DNA from: Patescibacteria group bacterium
GTDB lineage: Bacteria; Patescibacteriota; Patescibacteriia; UBA9570
NCBI GenBank assembly: GCA_041665365.1
Contig: JBAYIY010000007.1
Span: 11,103-75,102, forward strand
Length of the DNA: 64,000 nucleotides
Direction of reading: 5' to 3'
This document shows positions 17,656 to 27,541 of the stretch, piece by piece. The notes under the pieces were generated by a model. It was not told the DNA's origin. It searched no databases and saw only the letters and a list, made by a program, of their open reading frames with translations. The translations under genes and the position numbers were made by a program. The stretch's first letter is position 1. Each line of letters opens with the position of its first letter.

Positions 17656-18477
17656 CTATTTTTTTGGCTTCGTCAACAGTGCATAACTCATTGGATCAAA
17701 CAATATTTCATCAGGTTTAATGCGTTCCTGCAGTAATAATTGCGCTTCCGGATGTCGCTTCTGAAAATCCAGAATGACACCTTCATTCTCGGCTTCATTC
17801 AAGGCACAAGTGGCATAAACTAATCTACCACCGGGTTTTAAAGCTAGCCACAAACCGTTGATTAGCGCGATTTGTTGTTGCTTTAATCTTTTTATACGCG
17901 ATGGTGTCCAAGCGGCTAAATATTTCTCACTGTGCCAGACATGTTTTTCTGAACTACACGGTGCATCCAATAAAATACCAACAAAAAAATCCGGATATTT
18001 TTTAAATAAAATTTCTGATTTTCCCAACTTTATATGAATATTGTTATAACCTGAATTTTGAAAAGTATCTCGTAAACGGTTTATTCTTTTATTGGAATTA
18101 TCATAACAATATAATTTACCGGTATTATTTAATTGGTGAGCCAGCAACGTGGCTTTACCGCCCGGTGCGGCACAAGCATCTAAAATAATTTCACTTGATT
18201 GAACGTTCAAAGCCAACACTGGTTTGAGTGAAGATGCATTCATGATATAGAACCAATTCAGTTCATAACCTGGTAAGGGTATACCAATATCTATACCATC
18301 CGGCCACAACCAAGCCGATTTATACCAATCTAATGGTTTAATACTCAAACCAGCTTTTTCCCATAAGTTAGTTAATTCTGTCAGGTATTTTGGATGAGGC
18401 AGAATGATCGGTTTTGGAGAAAAATTTAACAACTCAATCTGTTTCCCGTAATATTCAATAAATTGTGCTTTAGACAT
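17656..18477 (-). CDS. RsmB/NOP2/Sun-family RNA (cytosine-C5)-methyltransferase; start placed at internal Met 39 because the longer ORF (to 18591) would overlap divergent ribH by 90 nt
   Basis: DACAAPGGKAT (SAM motif I), LLDAPCSSE (motif IV, catalytic Cys), LVYATCAL (motif VI Cys). Confidence 0.6.
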   Translation of the reverse strand: MSKAQFIEYYGKQIELLNFSPKPIILPHPKYLTELTNLWEKAGLSIKPLDWYKSAWLWPDGIDIGIPLPGYELNWFYIMNASSLKPVLALNVQSSEIILDACAAPGGKATLLAHQLNNTGKLYCYDNSNKRINRLRDTFQNSGYNNIHIKLGKSEILFKKYPDFFVGILLDAPCSSEKHVWHSEKYLAAWTPSRIKRLKQQQIALINGLWLALKPGGRLVYATCALNEAENEGVILDFQKRHPEAQLLLQERIKPDEILFDPMSYALLTKPKK

Positions 18478-18501
18478 ATTTAGGTATACTATTACCACGA
18501 T

Positions 18502-18912
18502 ATGAAAAAAATTGCGATTCTCACAACTGAGATTAATCCAGAAACAATCACTGCCATGGTAGAGGCCGCTACCATTGAGGCGACTCGGCACGAGGCCACA
18601 ATTGTGACTATAACCAAAACATTGGGGTGTTTGGATATGCCGGTGATAGCAAAACGCTTATTACAACGCAAAGAGGTTGACGGGGTAGTGATATTAGGAG
18701 CCGTAGCACAAGGTGAAACAAAACACGATGAGTTGGTGGTGAACACGATGACGCAGGCCATTGTGCATTTATCTTTGCAGTATCAAAAACCAGTCGGGTT
18801 TGGCGTGATTGGACCCGGTGCGACACGCGAGCAATTCAACCACCGCGAGAGCGAATATGCGACCCGCGCGGTTCAAGCGGTGATGATAAACATCAAATTG
18901 TTACACGAATAA
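18502..18912 (+). CDS. ribH: 6,7-dimethyl-8-ribityllumazine synthase-like protein (RibH family)
   Basis: 136 aa; VILGAVAQGETKHDELVVNTMTQAIVHLSLQYQKPVGFGVIG aligns to the RibH core ALGAVIRGATPHFEYVAGEV...GVPVAFGVLT. Confidence 0.55.
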   Translation: MKKIAILTTEINPETITAMVEAATIEATRHEATIVTITKTLGCLDMPVIAKRLLQRKEVDGVVILGAVAQGETKHDELVVNTMTQAIVHLSLQYQKPVGFGVIGPGATREQFNHRESEYATRAVQAVMINIKLLHE

Positions 18913-18962
18913 TTGAAGTGGACGAATATTATTCGTCCACTTCAATTATTTCACACAGGCGG

Positions 18963-19205
18963 TTACTGTTTTGATTTCGCCAACATTTTGCGCAGATCGT
19001 ATTTACGACCGGCTTTGTCCCACTTGGCCAAGGTGCGTAAACCGGAGGCTGTAATAGTGACAGTGATATGTTTACCTGTCGCCGGATTGAGCAAACGACG
19101 CTTTTGCAAATTGGCATAAACGCGGCGTTTGGTGCGGCGTTTAGAGTGGCTGACATTATAGCCAACCGATGAACTGCGTTTTGTTACTATACATTTCTTT
19201 GACAT
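18963..19205 (-). CDS. rpmB: 50S ribosomal protein L28
   Basis: 80 aa; MSKKCIVTKRSSSVGYNVSHSKRRTKRRVYANLQKRR is the L28 signature. Confidence 0.85.
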   Translation of the reverse strand: MSKKCIVTKRSSSVGYNVSHSKRRTKRRVYANLQKRRLLNPATGKHITVTITASGLRTLAKWDKAGRKYDLRKMLAKSKQ

Positions 19206-19269
19206 ACCGGAAAACTATACAGTATTATGTAAAACAAGACAAGTCTAAATCAAATAACCAAAAAACTCT

Positions 19270-20028
19270 ATGGATTCTGGCCTAAATAATGCATTAATAC
19301 GTTTCACCTATATAACTGCGGCTATTATGTTGTTGGTGGGTGTTTATGTTGGCACCAAAACATATATTGAATTTAATCCACAACCAAAAGACCAGCCAAG
19401 CCTCATGGTTAGTGGCACCGGTAAAGCCGTTGGTATACCCGATATTGCCACGATGAGTTTTTCGGTCGTTGAACAAGGCGATACCGTAGCCGCCGTCACA
19501 GCTGCGACTAATACGAGCATGAACAATATTGTCGCCACCATGAAAGGAGCCGGGATAAAAGATGCTGACATAAAAACTACTTCATATAATTTAAACCCAC
19601 GCTATGATTACACTAGAAAAAGTAGTGGCGAAATTATCGGTTATGAACTCACTCAGGGTGTGACAGTAAAAGTACGCAATTTGGATGGCGTTGGAGAAAT
19701 AGTTGATGCTGCTACTCAAGCTGGTGCGAATAATGTGTCTTCGCCGGTTTTTGCCATTGATGATCCTGAAACAGTCAAAACTGAAGCGCGCGCTGAGGCC
19801 TTCGCTAAAGCCAAAACCCGAGCGGAAGATTTAGCCAAAGCCGCTGGTGTCACTTTGGGTGATATTGTGACTTTTTCTGAAAATGACGGTGAAGTGGCGC
19901 CACAACCTTATTATAATGCATATTTATCAGCCGATAGCATGGCAGAAAAATCAGTCGGTGCCGCCATTGCGCCTGGTAGTCAGGAAGTTAATGTGACGGT
20001 TAATGTTACGTACGCGATTCATAATTAA
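19270..20028 (+). CDS. SIMPL-domain (DUF541) periplasmic/secreted protein
   Basis: N-terminal TM anchor; GTGKAVGIPDIATMSFSV...TSYNLNPRYDY...GYELTQGVTVKVRNLD pattern of SIMPL/BP26-like proteins. Confidence 0.65.
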   Translation: MDSGLNNALIRFTYITAAIMLLVGVYVGTKTYIEFNPQPKDQPSLMVSGTGKAVGIPDIATMSFSVVEQGDTVAAVTAATNTSMNNIVATMKGAGIKDADIKTTSYNLNPRYDYTRKSSGEIIGYELTQGVTVKVRNLDGVGEIVDAATQAGANNVSSPVFAIDDPETVKTEARAEAFAKAKTRAEDLAKAAGVTLGDIVTFSENDGEVAPQPYYNAYLSADSMAEKSVGAAIAPGSQEVNVTVNVTYAIHN

Positions 20029-20033
20029 TTTTT

Positions 20034-20825
20034 ATGCCTGATTTGATTATACAAAATCTACACGCCAGTGTTGATAATAAACCCGTTTTGCAAGGGGTGA
20101 ATTTGACTGTACGGCAAGGGGAGATTCATGCTTTGATGGGTCCGAATGGGTCAGGCAAAACCACTCTTTCACAAGTGATTATGGGTCATCCAAAATATCA
20201 GGTAACAGCTGGCAGTATTGAGTTTAACGGACAGGATATTTTAAAACTAACTCCGGATAAGCGAGCATTATTGGGAATGTTTTTAGCATTTCAATATCCC
20301 AAAGAAATACCCGGTATAAAATTATTCACATTTTTGCGCACGATTTATAACACTAAAACCAAACAGCGTTTAACGATTAAACAATTCCAACAAGTCTTAG
20401 ATGAAAAATTAAATTTGGTGCGGTTAGAAAAAAGTTTTTTGGAACGTTATCTAAACGCTGGTTTTTCTGGTGGCGAAAAGAAAAAAGTTGAGATGCTGCA
20501 GTTAGCTTTACTGCAACCCGATTTAGCCGTGTTAGATGAAACTGATTCCGGTTTAGATATTGATGCTTTACGGACAGTTTGTTCCAGTTTAAAAACAATC
20601 AAAGCCACCCATAATTTAGGTGTGTTATTAATCACTCATTATAACCGCATCTTAGATTATATTGTACCGGATTATGTGCATGTGATGATCGACGGGAAAA
20701 TTGTTCAATCCGGCGATAAAAATTTTGCCAAAGAAGTTGAGGAAAAAGGTTACGATTGGTTGAGAGACCTCACCCCCAACCCCTCTCCTTCTGAAGGAGA
20801 GGGGAGTAAGGGGAGAGGTCAATAA
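20034..20825 (+). CDS. sufC: Fe-S cluster assembly ATPase SufC; the C-terminal ~18 aa are encoded by a family-B hairpin repeat
   Basis: LMGPNGSGKTTL Walker A, LNAGFSGGEKKK ABC signature, LDETDSGLD Walker B; tail ...LTPNPSPSEGEGSKGRGQ derives from CACCCCCAACCCCTCTCCTTCTGAAGGAGAGGGGAG. Confidence 0.9.
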   Translation: MPDLIIQNLHASVDNKPVLQGVNLTVRQGEIHALMGPNGSGKTTLSQVIMGHPKYQVTAGSIEFNGQDILKLTPDKRALLGMFLAFQYPKEIPGIKLFTFLRTIYNTKTKQRLTIKQFQQVLDEKLNLVRLEKSFLERYLNAGFSGGEKKKVEMLQLALLQPDLAVLDETDSGLDIDALRTVCSSLKTIKATHNLGVLLITHYNRILDYIVPDYVHVMIDGKIVQSGDKNFAKEVEEKGYDWLRDLTPNPSPSEGEGSKGRGQ

Positions 20826-20827
20826 TT

Positions 20828-22264
20828 ATGTCTACTATTCCTCAAACTACCAGGCAGACAACAGACAAAATATTTGCTGGGCTAAATCGTGATACTTTCG
20901 ATCATAAAAATCAATCAAGTTACACCAAACACGCCAGTCGTGGTGTATCGGAAGAACTTGTGCGAAAGATTTCCACACTTAAACATGAGCCAGCTTGGAT
21001 GTTACAAAAACGGCTGGACGGTTTGAAATTATTTTTTGAGAAACCGTTACCAAAATTTGGTCCAGATTTATCGGCTTTGAATTTTGACGAAATTATTTTT
21101 TATGCTTCACCAGATGAAAAAATACCCAGTAAATCTTGGGAGACAGTTTCACCGGATATAAAGAAAACCTTTGAGCGGTTAGGTATTCCTGAGGCTGAAA
21201 AAAAGCTGCTGGCCGGAGTCGGTGCACAATATGAATCGGCGACAGTGTATCATCGTTTAAAAGAGCGTTGGGAAAAACTAGGTGTGATTTTTGAAGATAT
21301 GGATGTAGCTGTCCAAAAATATCCTGACCTGGTGCAAAAATATTTCATGACACGGTGTGTTCCGATTCAAGATCACAAGTTTTCAGCCCTGCATGCCGCC
21401 GTCTGGAGTGGGGGAACATTTTTGTATGTGCCTAAAGGAGTAAAAGTAGATGCACCAATGCAAGCTTATTTTCGGATGAATGCTCAAAACATGGGTCAGT
21501 TTGAGCATACTTTGATAATTATCGAAGCAGAAGCAGAAGCCCATTATATCGAGGGTTGTTCCGCACCGAAATATAATTCAAATTCTTTACATGTGGGCTG
21601 TGTGGAAATATTTGTTGGCAAAAATGCACATTTTCGTTATTCGAGTGTCGAAAACTGGAGCCGCGATACATATAATTTGAATACGAAACGGGCTTTGGTG
21701 GGCGAAGCGGGGAGAATGGAATGGGTGGGTGGTAACATGGGCAGTTGTGTAACGATGTTGTATCCGTGCAGTATTTTGCAAGGGGAACGGGCGCATGCCG
21801 AACATTTAGGTATCGCGTTTGCTGGAGCCGGTCAGATTCAAGATACCGGGGCTAAAGTGATTCACAGTGCGCCTAATACTACGTCTAGTGTAATTATGAA
21901 AAGTCTGAGTAAGGATGGTGGGAAATCAGTCTATCGAGGTTTGCTCACTATTAGTCCTCGAGCCACCGGGTCTGTCTCAAAAATTAAATGTGATGCTTTG
22001 ATTCTAGATGATCATTCTATCTCAGAAACCATTCCGGATATGAACGTGCATACCAGTGATGCTACCATTGGTCATGAGGCCACCGTTGGGCAAATTGGTG
22101 TCGAAGAAGTGTTTTATTTAATGTCGCGCGGTTTATCTGAACAAGAAGCACATGGTATGGTGGTGAATGGTTTCATTGAACCAATCGTAAAAGCCTTGCC
22201 GTTAGAGTATGCCGTGGAAATGAATCGTTTAATTGAATTAGAAATGGAAGGGTCAGTGGGATAA
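20828..22264 (+). CDS. sufB: Fe-S cluster assembly protein SufB
   Basis: 478 aa, follows sufC by 2 nt; conserved SufB C-terminal beta-helix region (IEGCSAP, HSAPNTTS..., ISPRA). Confidence 0.9.
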   Translation: MSTIPQTTRQTTDKIFAGLNRDTFDHKNQSSYTKHASRGVSEELVRKISTLKHEPAWMLQKRLDGLKLFFEKPLPKFGPDLSALNFDEIIFYASPDEKIPSKSWETVSPDIKKTFERLGIPEAEKKLLAGVGAQYESATVYHRLKERWEKLGVIFEDMDVAVQKYPDLVQKYFMTRCVPIQDHKFSALHAAVWSGGTFLYVPKGVKVDAPMQAYFRMNAQNMGQFEHTLIIIEAEAEAHYIEGCSAPKYNSNSLHVGCVEIFVGKNAHFRYSSVENWSRDTYNLNTKRALVGEAGRMEWVGGNMGSCVTMLYPCSILQGERAHAEHLGIAFAGAGQIQDTGAKVIHSAPNTTSSVIMKSLSKDGGKSVYRGLLTISPRATGSVSKIKCDALILDDHSISETIPDMNVHTSDATIGHEATVGQIGVEEVFYLMSRGLSEQEAHGMVVNGFIEPIVKALPLEYAVEMNRLIELEMEGSVG

Positions 22265-22266
22265 TT

Positions 22267-22926
22267 ATGATCATTATCGATGGTTCACAATCTATCAATA
22301 AATTAGCCGTTAAACCAAACGAGCAGTTAGAAGTTTTACTATTATTAAAAAAAGCTTGCGCTATTACTTGTTCAATTATATTAGAAGTTGATAGCTCAGT
22401 AAAATTTTATAGTGCTATTTTAGGTGGTAATGTTCAGTGTGAAGTAAATATTAATCATGTGGGTGCCGGTAGCACCAGTGAGCATACCGGAATATTTTTT
22501 GGCACCAAACATGATCAGTTTAAATTAAATTATTGGAACAATCATACTGCTCAACACACGTCTGGTAAAATAAACATTCATGGTGTGTTGTTTGATAGTG
22601 CCTACTGTGATTTTAAAGGGAATATTAAGATTCAACAAACTGCTTTAGATACCAAAGCGTCACTGGATGAACACACCTTATTGTTAGGTGATAAAGCCAG
22701 AAGTGATGCTGTGCCACAATTGGATATTCACACTAATGCTGTGCAAGCGTCGCATAGTTCCGGTATAACCAAGTTAGATGATGAGATCTTGTATTATTGT
22801 GCTAGTCGTGGTTTAACTCCAGAAACAGCTAAGCAATTAATTGTGCGCGGCTGGTTGGCAGAATGTATTACCTCACCAGAGGTGCAAAATTTAGTTGATA
22901 AACAATTAGGTTATGTTGAAGCATGA
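22267..22926 (+). CDS. sufD: short SufD-like protein (219 aa, C-terminal beta-helix domain only)
   Basis: Position between sufB and sufS; SufB/D-type repeats; no N-terminal domain. Confidence 0.6.
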   Translation: MIIIDGSQSINKLAVKPNEQLEVLLLLKKACAITCSIILEVDSSVKFYSAILGGNVQCEVNINHVGAGSTSEHTGIFFGTKHDQFKLNYWNNHTAQHTSGKINIHGVLFDSAYCDFKGNIKIQQTALDTKASLDEHTLLLGDKARSDAVPQLDIHTNAVQASHSSGITKLDDEILYYCASRGLTPETAKQLIVRGWLAECITSPEVQNLVDKQLGYVEA

Positions 22927-24076
22927 TTTCCCAATTTTAAATAATAAGCTGGTTTATCTGGATAATGCCGCTACCAGTCAAAAGCCGGAAGCTGTATGGC
23001 AGGCCATGGATCAGTTTTATCGTACCACTAATGCCAATGTACATAGAGGTTTATACCGTATTGCCGAGCAAGCTACTACACAATATGAAGCGGTGAGAGA
23101 TACGGTAAAAAATTTTATTGGTGCAAACTCACGTGAAGAAATTATTTTCACCAGTGGCACAACGGCTAGTATCAATTTATTAGCTTATTCATTAAGTAAT
23201 TTATTATTACAACCCGGTGATGTAATATTGTTATCTAAAGTTGAACATCATAGTAATTTAGTGCCATGGCAATTAGCTGCGCAGAGACATCAAGCAAAAC
23301 TGGAATTTTTCGATCCAGCCAATTTACCCAACCAATTACCGGAGCGTACTAAAATTGTCTCTATGGCACATATTGCCAATAGTAGTGGTTTAATTTTACC
23401 AATAGAAAAAATTATAGCCTTAGCTCATGTCAATAATATTCCAGTGATTATTGACGCTGCCCAGAGTGTGCCGCATTTAGCAATTGACGTGCAAAAAATA
23501 AACTGTGATTTTATGGCTTTCTCCGCTCATAAAATGTGTGGGCCTACGGGTATTGGTGTGTTGTATGGTAAAAAAAACTGGCTGGAAAAATTAGAGCCGG
23601 TTAATAGTGGGGGAGACATGATTCGAACTGTATCGCTACAAGAAGCCACTTGGAATGATTTACCCTATAAATTTGAAGCCGGCACACCGAATATTGCCGG
23701 GGTAATCGGTTTGGGTGCAGCCATTAAGTATCTTCAGAATATTGGTCTGGAGAAAATACAACAAACTACTAATGATGTTTATCAATATTTATTAGAACAA
23801 ATCCAGCAATTAGATTTTGTCACTACTTATGGGCTTACTAAACATGCCAGCAGTATAGTGTCATTTAATGTTAAAGGCGTTCATGCCCATGATGTGGCCA
23901 GTATCTTAGATCAATCTAATGTGGCGGTGCGCGCTGGCCATCATTGTGCTCAACCAGTGATGGAACAGTGGGGCGTACCAGCTACCGTTCGCGCCAGTGT
24001 GTATTTTTATAATGATAAAGCAGATATTGATAAATTAATTGTGGGGTTAAAAAAAGTGTATGAGAGATTTAAATAG
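22913..24076 (+). CDS. sufS: cysteine desulfurase SufS (class V aminotransferase)
   Basis: 387 aa; ...FSAHKMCGPTGIGVLYGK (PLP-Lys), RAGHHCAQP (catalytic Cys loop). Confidence 0.85.
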   Translation: MLKHDFPILNNKLVYLDNAATSQKPEAVWQAMDQFYRTTNANVHRGLYRIAEQATTQYEAVRDTVKNFIGANSREEIIFTSGTTASINLLAYSLSNLLLQPGDVILLSKVEHHSNLVPWQLAAQRHQAKLEFFDPANLPNQLPERTKIVSMAHIANSSGLILPIEKIIALAHVNNIPVIIDAAQSVPHLAIDVQKINCDFMAFSAHKMCGPTGIGVLYGKKNWLEKLEPVNSGGDMIRTVSLQEATWNDLPYKFEAGTPNIAGVIGLGAAIKYLQNIGLEKIQQTTNDVYQYLLEQIQQLDFVTTYGLTKHASSIVSFNVKGVHAHDVASILDQSNVAVRAGHHCAQPVMEQWGVPATVRASVYFYNDKADIDKLIVGLKKVYERFK

Positions 24077-24081
24077 ATAGT

Positions 24082-24441
24082 ATGGATCCCTATCAACAAC
24101 AAATTCTCGAACACTATAAAAACCCACTCAATTTTGGTTTGTTAACCAACCCTTCATATACACGTGTAGAAAACAATCCCACTTGTGGGGATAGTTTTAC
24201 TGTTAGCATCCATGTGAATGACGTTGGTGTGATTGATGCGGTAGGGTTTGCAGGAGTTGGTTGTGCCATTAGTACTGCGGCGGCTTCGATGTTGACTGAA
24301 ACAATTAAAGGCAAACAATTATCTGAGGTGCTCGCTTTAAAACCCCAATCTGTGCTAGATTTACTTGGTATTGAATTAGGTCCAACCAGATTAAAATGCG
24401 CTTTATTACCACTGCAAGCTATTACCAGACTTACCTTATAG
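24082..24441 (+). CDS. sufU: SUF-system Fe-S scaffold SufU/IscU-like
   Basis: 119 aa; ...NPTCGDSF...GVGCAIS... with three conserved Cys in scaffold spacing. Confidence 0.75.
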   Translation: MDPYQQQILEHYKNPLNFGLLTNPSYTRVENNPTCGDSFTVSIHVNDVGVIDAVGFAGVGCAISTAAASMLTETIKGKQLSEVLALKPQSVLDLLGIELGPTRLKCALLPLQAITRLTL

Positions 24442-25934
24442 GTTTGCTGATAAGTTTCATCTTACCCAGTACGGTTTTAGCGTACACCGCAACGGGTGAT
24501 GGTTGCTTTGAGCGCGAGCCAGGTGTTATGCGTTTAACTAAACCCAGTTGTAGTTTTATTGTAACACCCACTCAAACTGATGAGTTTGTACAGTTTAGTT
24601 TGGAAAATGTCGATCCAGATACAGTGATTGTAACGCCGGGCTTAACCGGTATACTAAATGAACCAACTACCTTTACAGTGGAACCTTGGTATCAAGTACA
24701 AGACGATCTGTGGTTTGTAGCGTTATCTGATAATCAAGCGCGTGGCACAATTGAAGCTAATCCGGTGTTTGAAGATATCGTACCGCTAGTTGATGCTATC
24801 AACCCACCATTCATGACTAACTCAGGTGATTTAATACAGGGGAGTACCGACCCTGCCATATTGCCGGATATGTTTCAGTCGGTCTTGGATACACTGACTG
24901 ATACTACTGTGCCGATGTATCCAGTGCCAGGTAATCATGATTATGATGAAAATTTAGTGACCTACTCAAGCTATTTTGGTTCACCGGATTATGGTTTTGA
25001 TATTGGACCGGCACGCTTGGTGGCTTTATCAACCGCTGGCAGCACTAGCCGTGGTAGGGTGACTACTGAACAAATCAATTGGTTAGATAATATGTTGGCT
25101 AGCACGTCACTGCAAACCATCGTCTATTTTCATCATCCAATTATTACTCCAGCGTGGGGCAAAACAGCTTGTTGTTTTGAAAATAATACTGAACGAGATC
25201 ATTTAGCAACGGCGCTTAGTACCTATTCCGCCGATCTGGTAATAAACGGCCATTCACAAGGGTATGACTATCAATTATTATCAGCTGGTTTATATCAAAT
25301 CATTACTGGTGGGGCCGGTGGTCGCATTGCGCAGCCGGATGGTGAACAGCACTTTGTTTTGGTGCATGTCACTCCAACTGAGGTTTCCCATATTATGTTT
25401 CCATTGGCTGATACCGCTCTAGCGTTTGATCAAACCAATAACTCTGGCCAGTACACTCAGGCAAAGATAACTAGTGAATATACCGGGTTAACCGATTTAC
25501 CCTATTTACGTTTGAAATTCAAATTACAATATCAACCCGATGCTACCTATGTGGTTTATGATGATCAGGGCAATATTTTGCCATACCAAAGCCAGGTGTA
25601 TGATGATGAGATTATTTTACTAGCCCAAACGCAACAGATAAAAAACACTACCGTAATTTATACGGCGCAAGCATTATTTCAAGTTACACCAAGTAACCTA
25701 ACAACTCAAATTCATCGGGTTAAACCAGTAACCTCCGGGTATAGTTGGGTCGAACGTCCCTTTGATAAAACTGTTGATACCACTTATCAATTAAATCATT
25801 TATCTGGTAAACAGGAAGTTAAGGTGTATGTGAATGGACACCTGCGCCGAAACATACCGGTAAAACAAGGGCAAGCTACTTTCACATTATTCAGTAACGT
25901 TAGGCGCCGCCATGTGATTGTGATATACTCATAA
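24396..25934 (+). CDS. secreted calcineurin-like metallophosphoesterase
   Basis: Signal peptide; motifs SGDLIQG, VPGNHDYDEN, YFHHP, NGHSQGYDY. Confidence 0.5.
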   Translation: MRFITTASYYQTYLIGLLISFILPSTVLAYTATGDGCFEREPGVMRLTKPSCSFIVTPTQTDEFVQFSLENVDPDTVIVTPGLTGILNEPTTFTVEPWYQVQDDLWFVALSDNQARGTIEANPVFEDIVPLVDAINPPFMTNSGDLIQGSTDPAILPDMFQSVLDTLTDTTVPMYPVPGNHDYDENLVTYSSYFGSPDYGFDIGPARLVALSTAGSTSRGRVTTEQINWLDNMLASTSLQTIVYFHHPIITPAWGKTACCFENNTERDHLATALSTYSADLVINGHSQGYDYQLLSAGLYQIITGGAGGRIAQPDGEQHFVLVHVTPTEVSHIMFPLADTALAFDQTNNSGQYTQAKITSEYTGLTDLPYLRLKFKLQYQPDATYVVYDDQGNILPYQSQVYDDEIILLAQTQQIKNTTVIYTAQALFQVTPSNLTTQIHRVKPVTSGYSWVERPFDKTVDTTYQLNHLSGKQEVKVYVNGHLRRNIPVKQGQATFTLFSNVRRRHVIVIYS

Positions 25935-25941
25935 ATATAAT

Positions 25942-26301
25942 ATGCGCAGACATCTAAATACATTTATCTTGACGGCCGTTGGTATATTAATCATCGCGCT
26001 CGGTTTATTAATTTACCCCTATATTGTACCTTTTAAAAAAGCTGTACCCATTAACACTAATACCACCGAGAACATAGTATCAGATCGAAACGAGCTGTTA
26101 GTGTTGCATATTGGGCAACTGGTTACGTCCAGTAAAACCGGTTTAGAATTGACTCTTACTAAACAAAACTCTATTCACACATCAGTTGGTGATATAGAAT
26201 TTACCGTTGCTGGTGAGACAAAAACAGTTGGTCAGTATAATATTCGTCTCGTCAGCTCTACCGCTACGGCGGCGCAAGTGTTAGTTATGGCTGTCGAATA
26301 G
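25942..26301 (+). CDS. membrane-anchored hypothetical protein
   Basis: 119 aa with a single N-terminal TM helix. Confidence 0.35.
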   Translation: MRRHLNTFILTAVGILIIALGLLIYPYIVPFKKAVPINTNTTENIVSDRNELLVLHIGQLVTSSKTGLELTLTKQNSIHTSVGDIEFTVAGETKTVGQYNIRLVSSTATAAQVLVMAVE

Positions 26302-27541
26302 CCCCGGCACTGTTGACTAACCATTTGTAAGTAGTCAAAGCCACTAAACCCATCGGTCCGCGGGCATGGAGTTTTTGGGTAGAGATACCAATTTCAGCAC
26401 CTAAACCAAACTCAGCCCCATCGGTAAACGCCGTAGATGTATTCACATAGACAGCGGCAGCATCAACTTTTTCCTGAAACTGTTTAGCTTTAATTTTATT
26501 TTGTGTGATAAGCGCTTCTGAGTGGCCGGAAGTGTATTTTTGGATAAAATCAAAGCCAGTCTGAAAAGATGGGACGGTTTTTATAGATAATGTGAGAGCT
26601 AAAAATTCTTTACCGTAATCACTGTTATCTGATAATTCTAATAAATTTTTCGGATAAATCTTTTTTAAGATATTAAAACTAAATTGATCAGCTTTAATAA
26701 GAACCTGATGTTGAATTAATTTAGGTAATAAAACAGCATAGAGTTTTTTAGAGATAACTTGTTCGACTACTAAACAATCTAAAGTATTACACACGCTTGG
26801 TCGTCTGGTTTTTGCATTCACAATCACTCGGCTGGCTATTTTAATATCGGCTGATCGTTCCACAAAAGTATGACACACACCAGCTCCAGTTTCTATCACT
26901 GGTATTGTTGCCGTAGCACGGACATATTGTATTAAGCGATTACTACCGCGTGGTATAATCACATCAACTAAACTATGGGCTTGTAATAGTTGAGTGGTGA
27001 GAGATCGATCTGAAGAATCAAGCATTAGTGCACAACTAGGTGAAATTTTTTCGGATTTTAAAATTTTATGAATTATTCTAATCAGTGTTTGATTGGTATA
27101 AAAAGCATCGTGACCACCTTTGAGAATAACGGCATTGCCAGTTTTGAAACAGAGACTAAATACCTCAATGGTGACGTTCGGTCGTGCTTCATAAATTACC
27201 GCCACGACGCCCAGCGGCACTCGTTGTCGTTTGATATATATTCTCGAGGGCATGGTTCGTGTTTCCAATATTTCACCAATGGGGTCGGGCAATTTAATCA
27301 CATTAATTAAACCATCAGCCATAGACTTAATTCTAGATTCGGTTAATGTCAGCCGATCCAGCATGGTGTAACCCACAGGCAAATTACTAATATCTTTTTT
27401 ATTGGCGCGCAATATTAGGGTGGTATTTTGAACAAGTACTAAACTTAGTTTTTTTAAGACCAGATTTTTTTGTTGCGTTGTTAAACCAGCTATTATCCGG
27501 CTGGCTTGTTTGGTTTTAACTAATTGTTTTGTAAGATTCAT
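26285..27541 (-). CDS. proA: gamma-glutamyl phosphate reductase
   Basis: 418 aa aldehyde-dehydrogenase-fold protein; adjacent to and co-directional with proC and proB. Confidence 0.8.
   Translation of the reverse strand: MNLTKQLVKTKQASRIIAGLTTQQKNLVLKKLSLVLVQNTTLILRANKKDISNLPVGYTMLDRLTLTESRIKSMADGLINVIKLPDPIGEILETRTMPSRIYIKRQRVPLGVVAVIYEARPNVTIEVFSLCFKTGNAVILKGGHDAFYTNQTLIRIIHKILKSEKISPSCALMLDSSDRSLTTQLLQAHSLVDVIIPRGSNRLIQYVRATATIPVIETGAGVCHTFVERSADIKIASRVIVNAKTRRPSVCNTLDCLVVEQVISKKLYAVLLPKLIQHQVLIKADQFSFNILKKIYPKNLLELSDNSDYGKEFLALTLSIKTVPSFQTGFDFIQKYTSGHSEALITQNKIKAKQFQEKVDAAAVYVNTSTAFTDGAEFGLGAEIGISTQKLHARGPMGLVALTTYKWLVNSAGAIRQP

Noticed and set aside
17656-18591. Full-length 311-aa version of the RsmB-like ORF
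   Set aside because: The first 38 codons overlap the divergent ribH start by 90 nt and have non-protein-like composition. The internal Met at 18477 gives a typical methyltransferase length.
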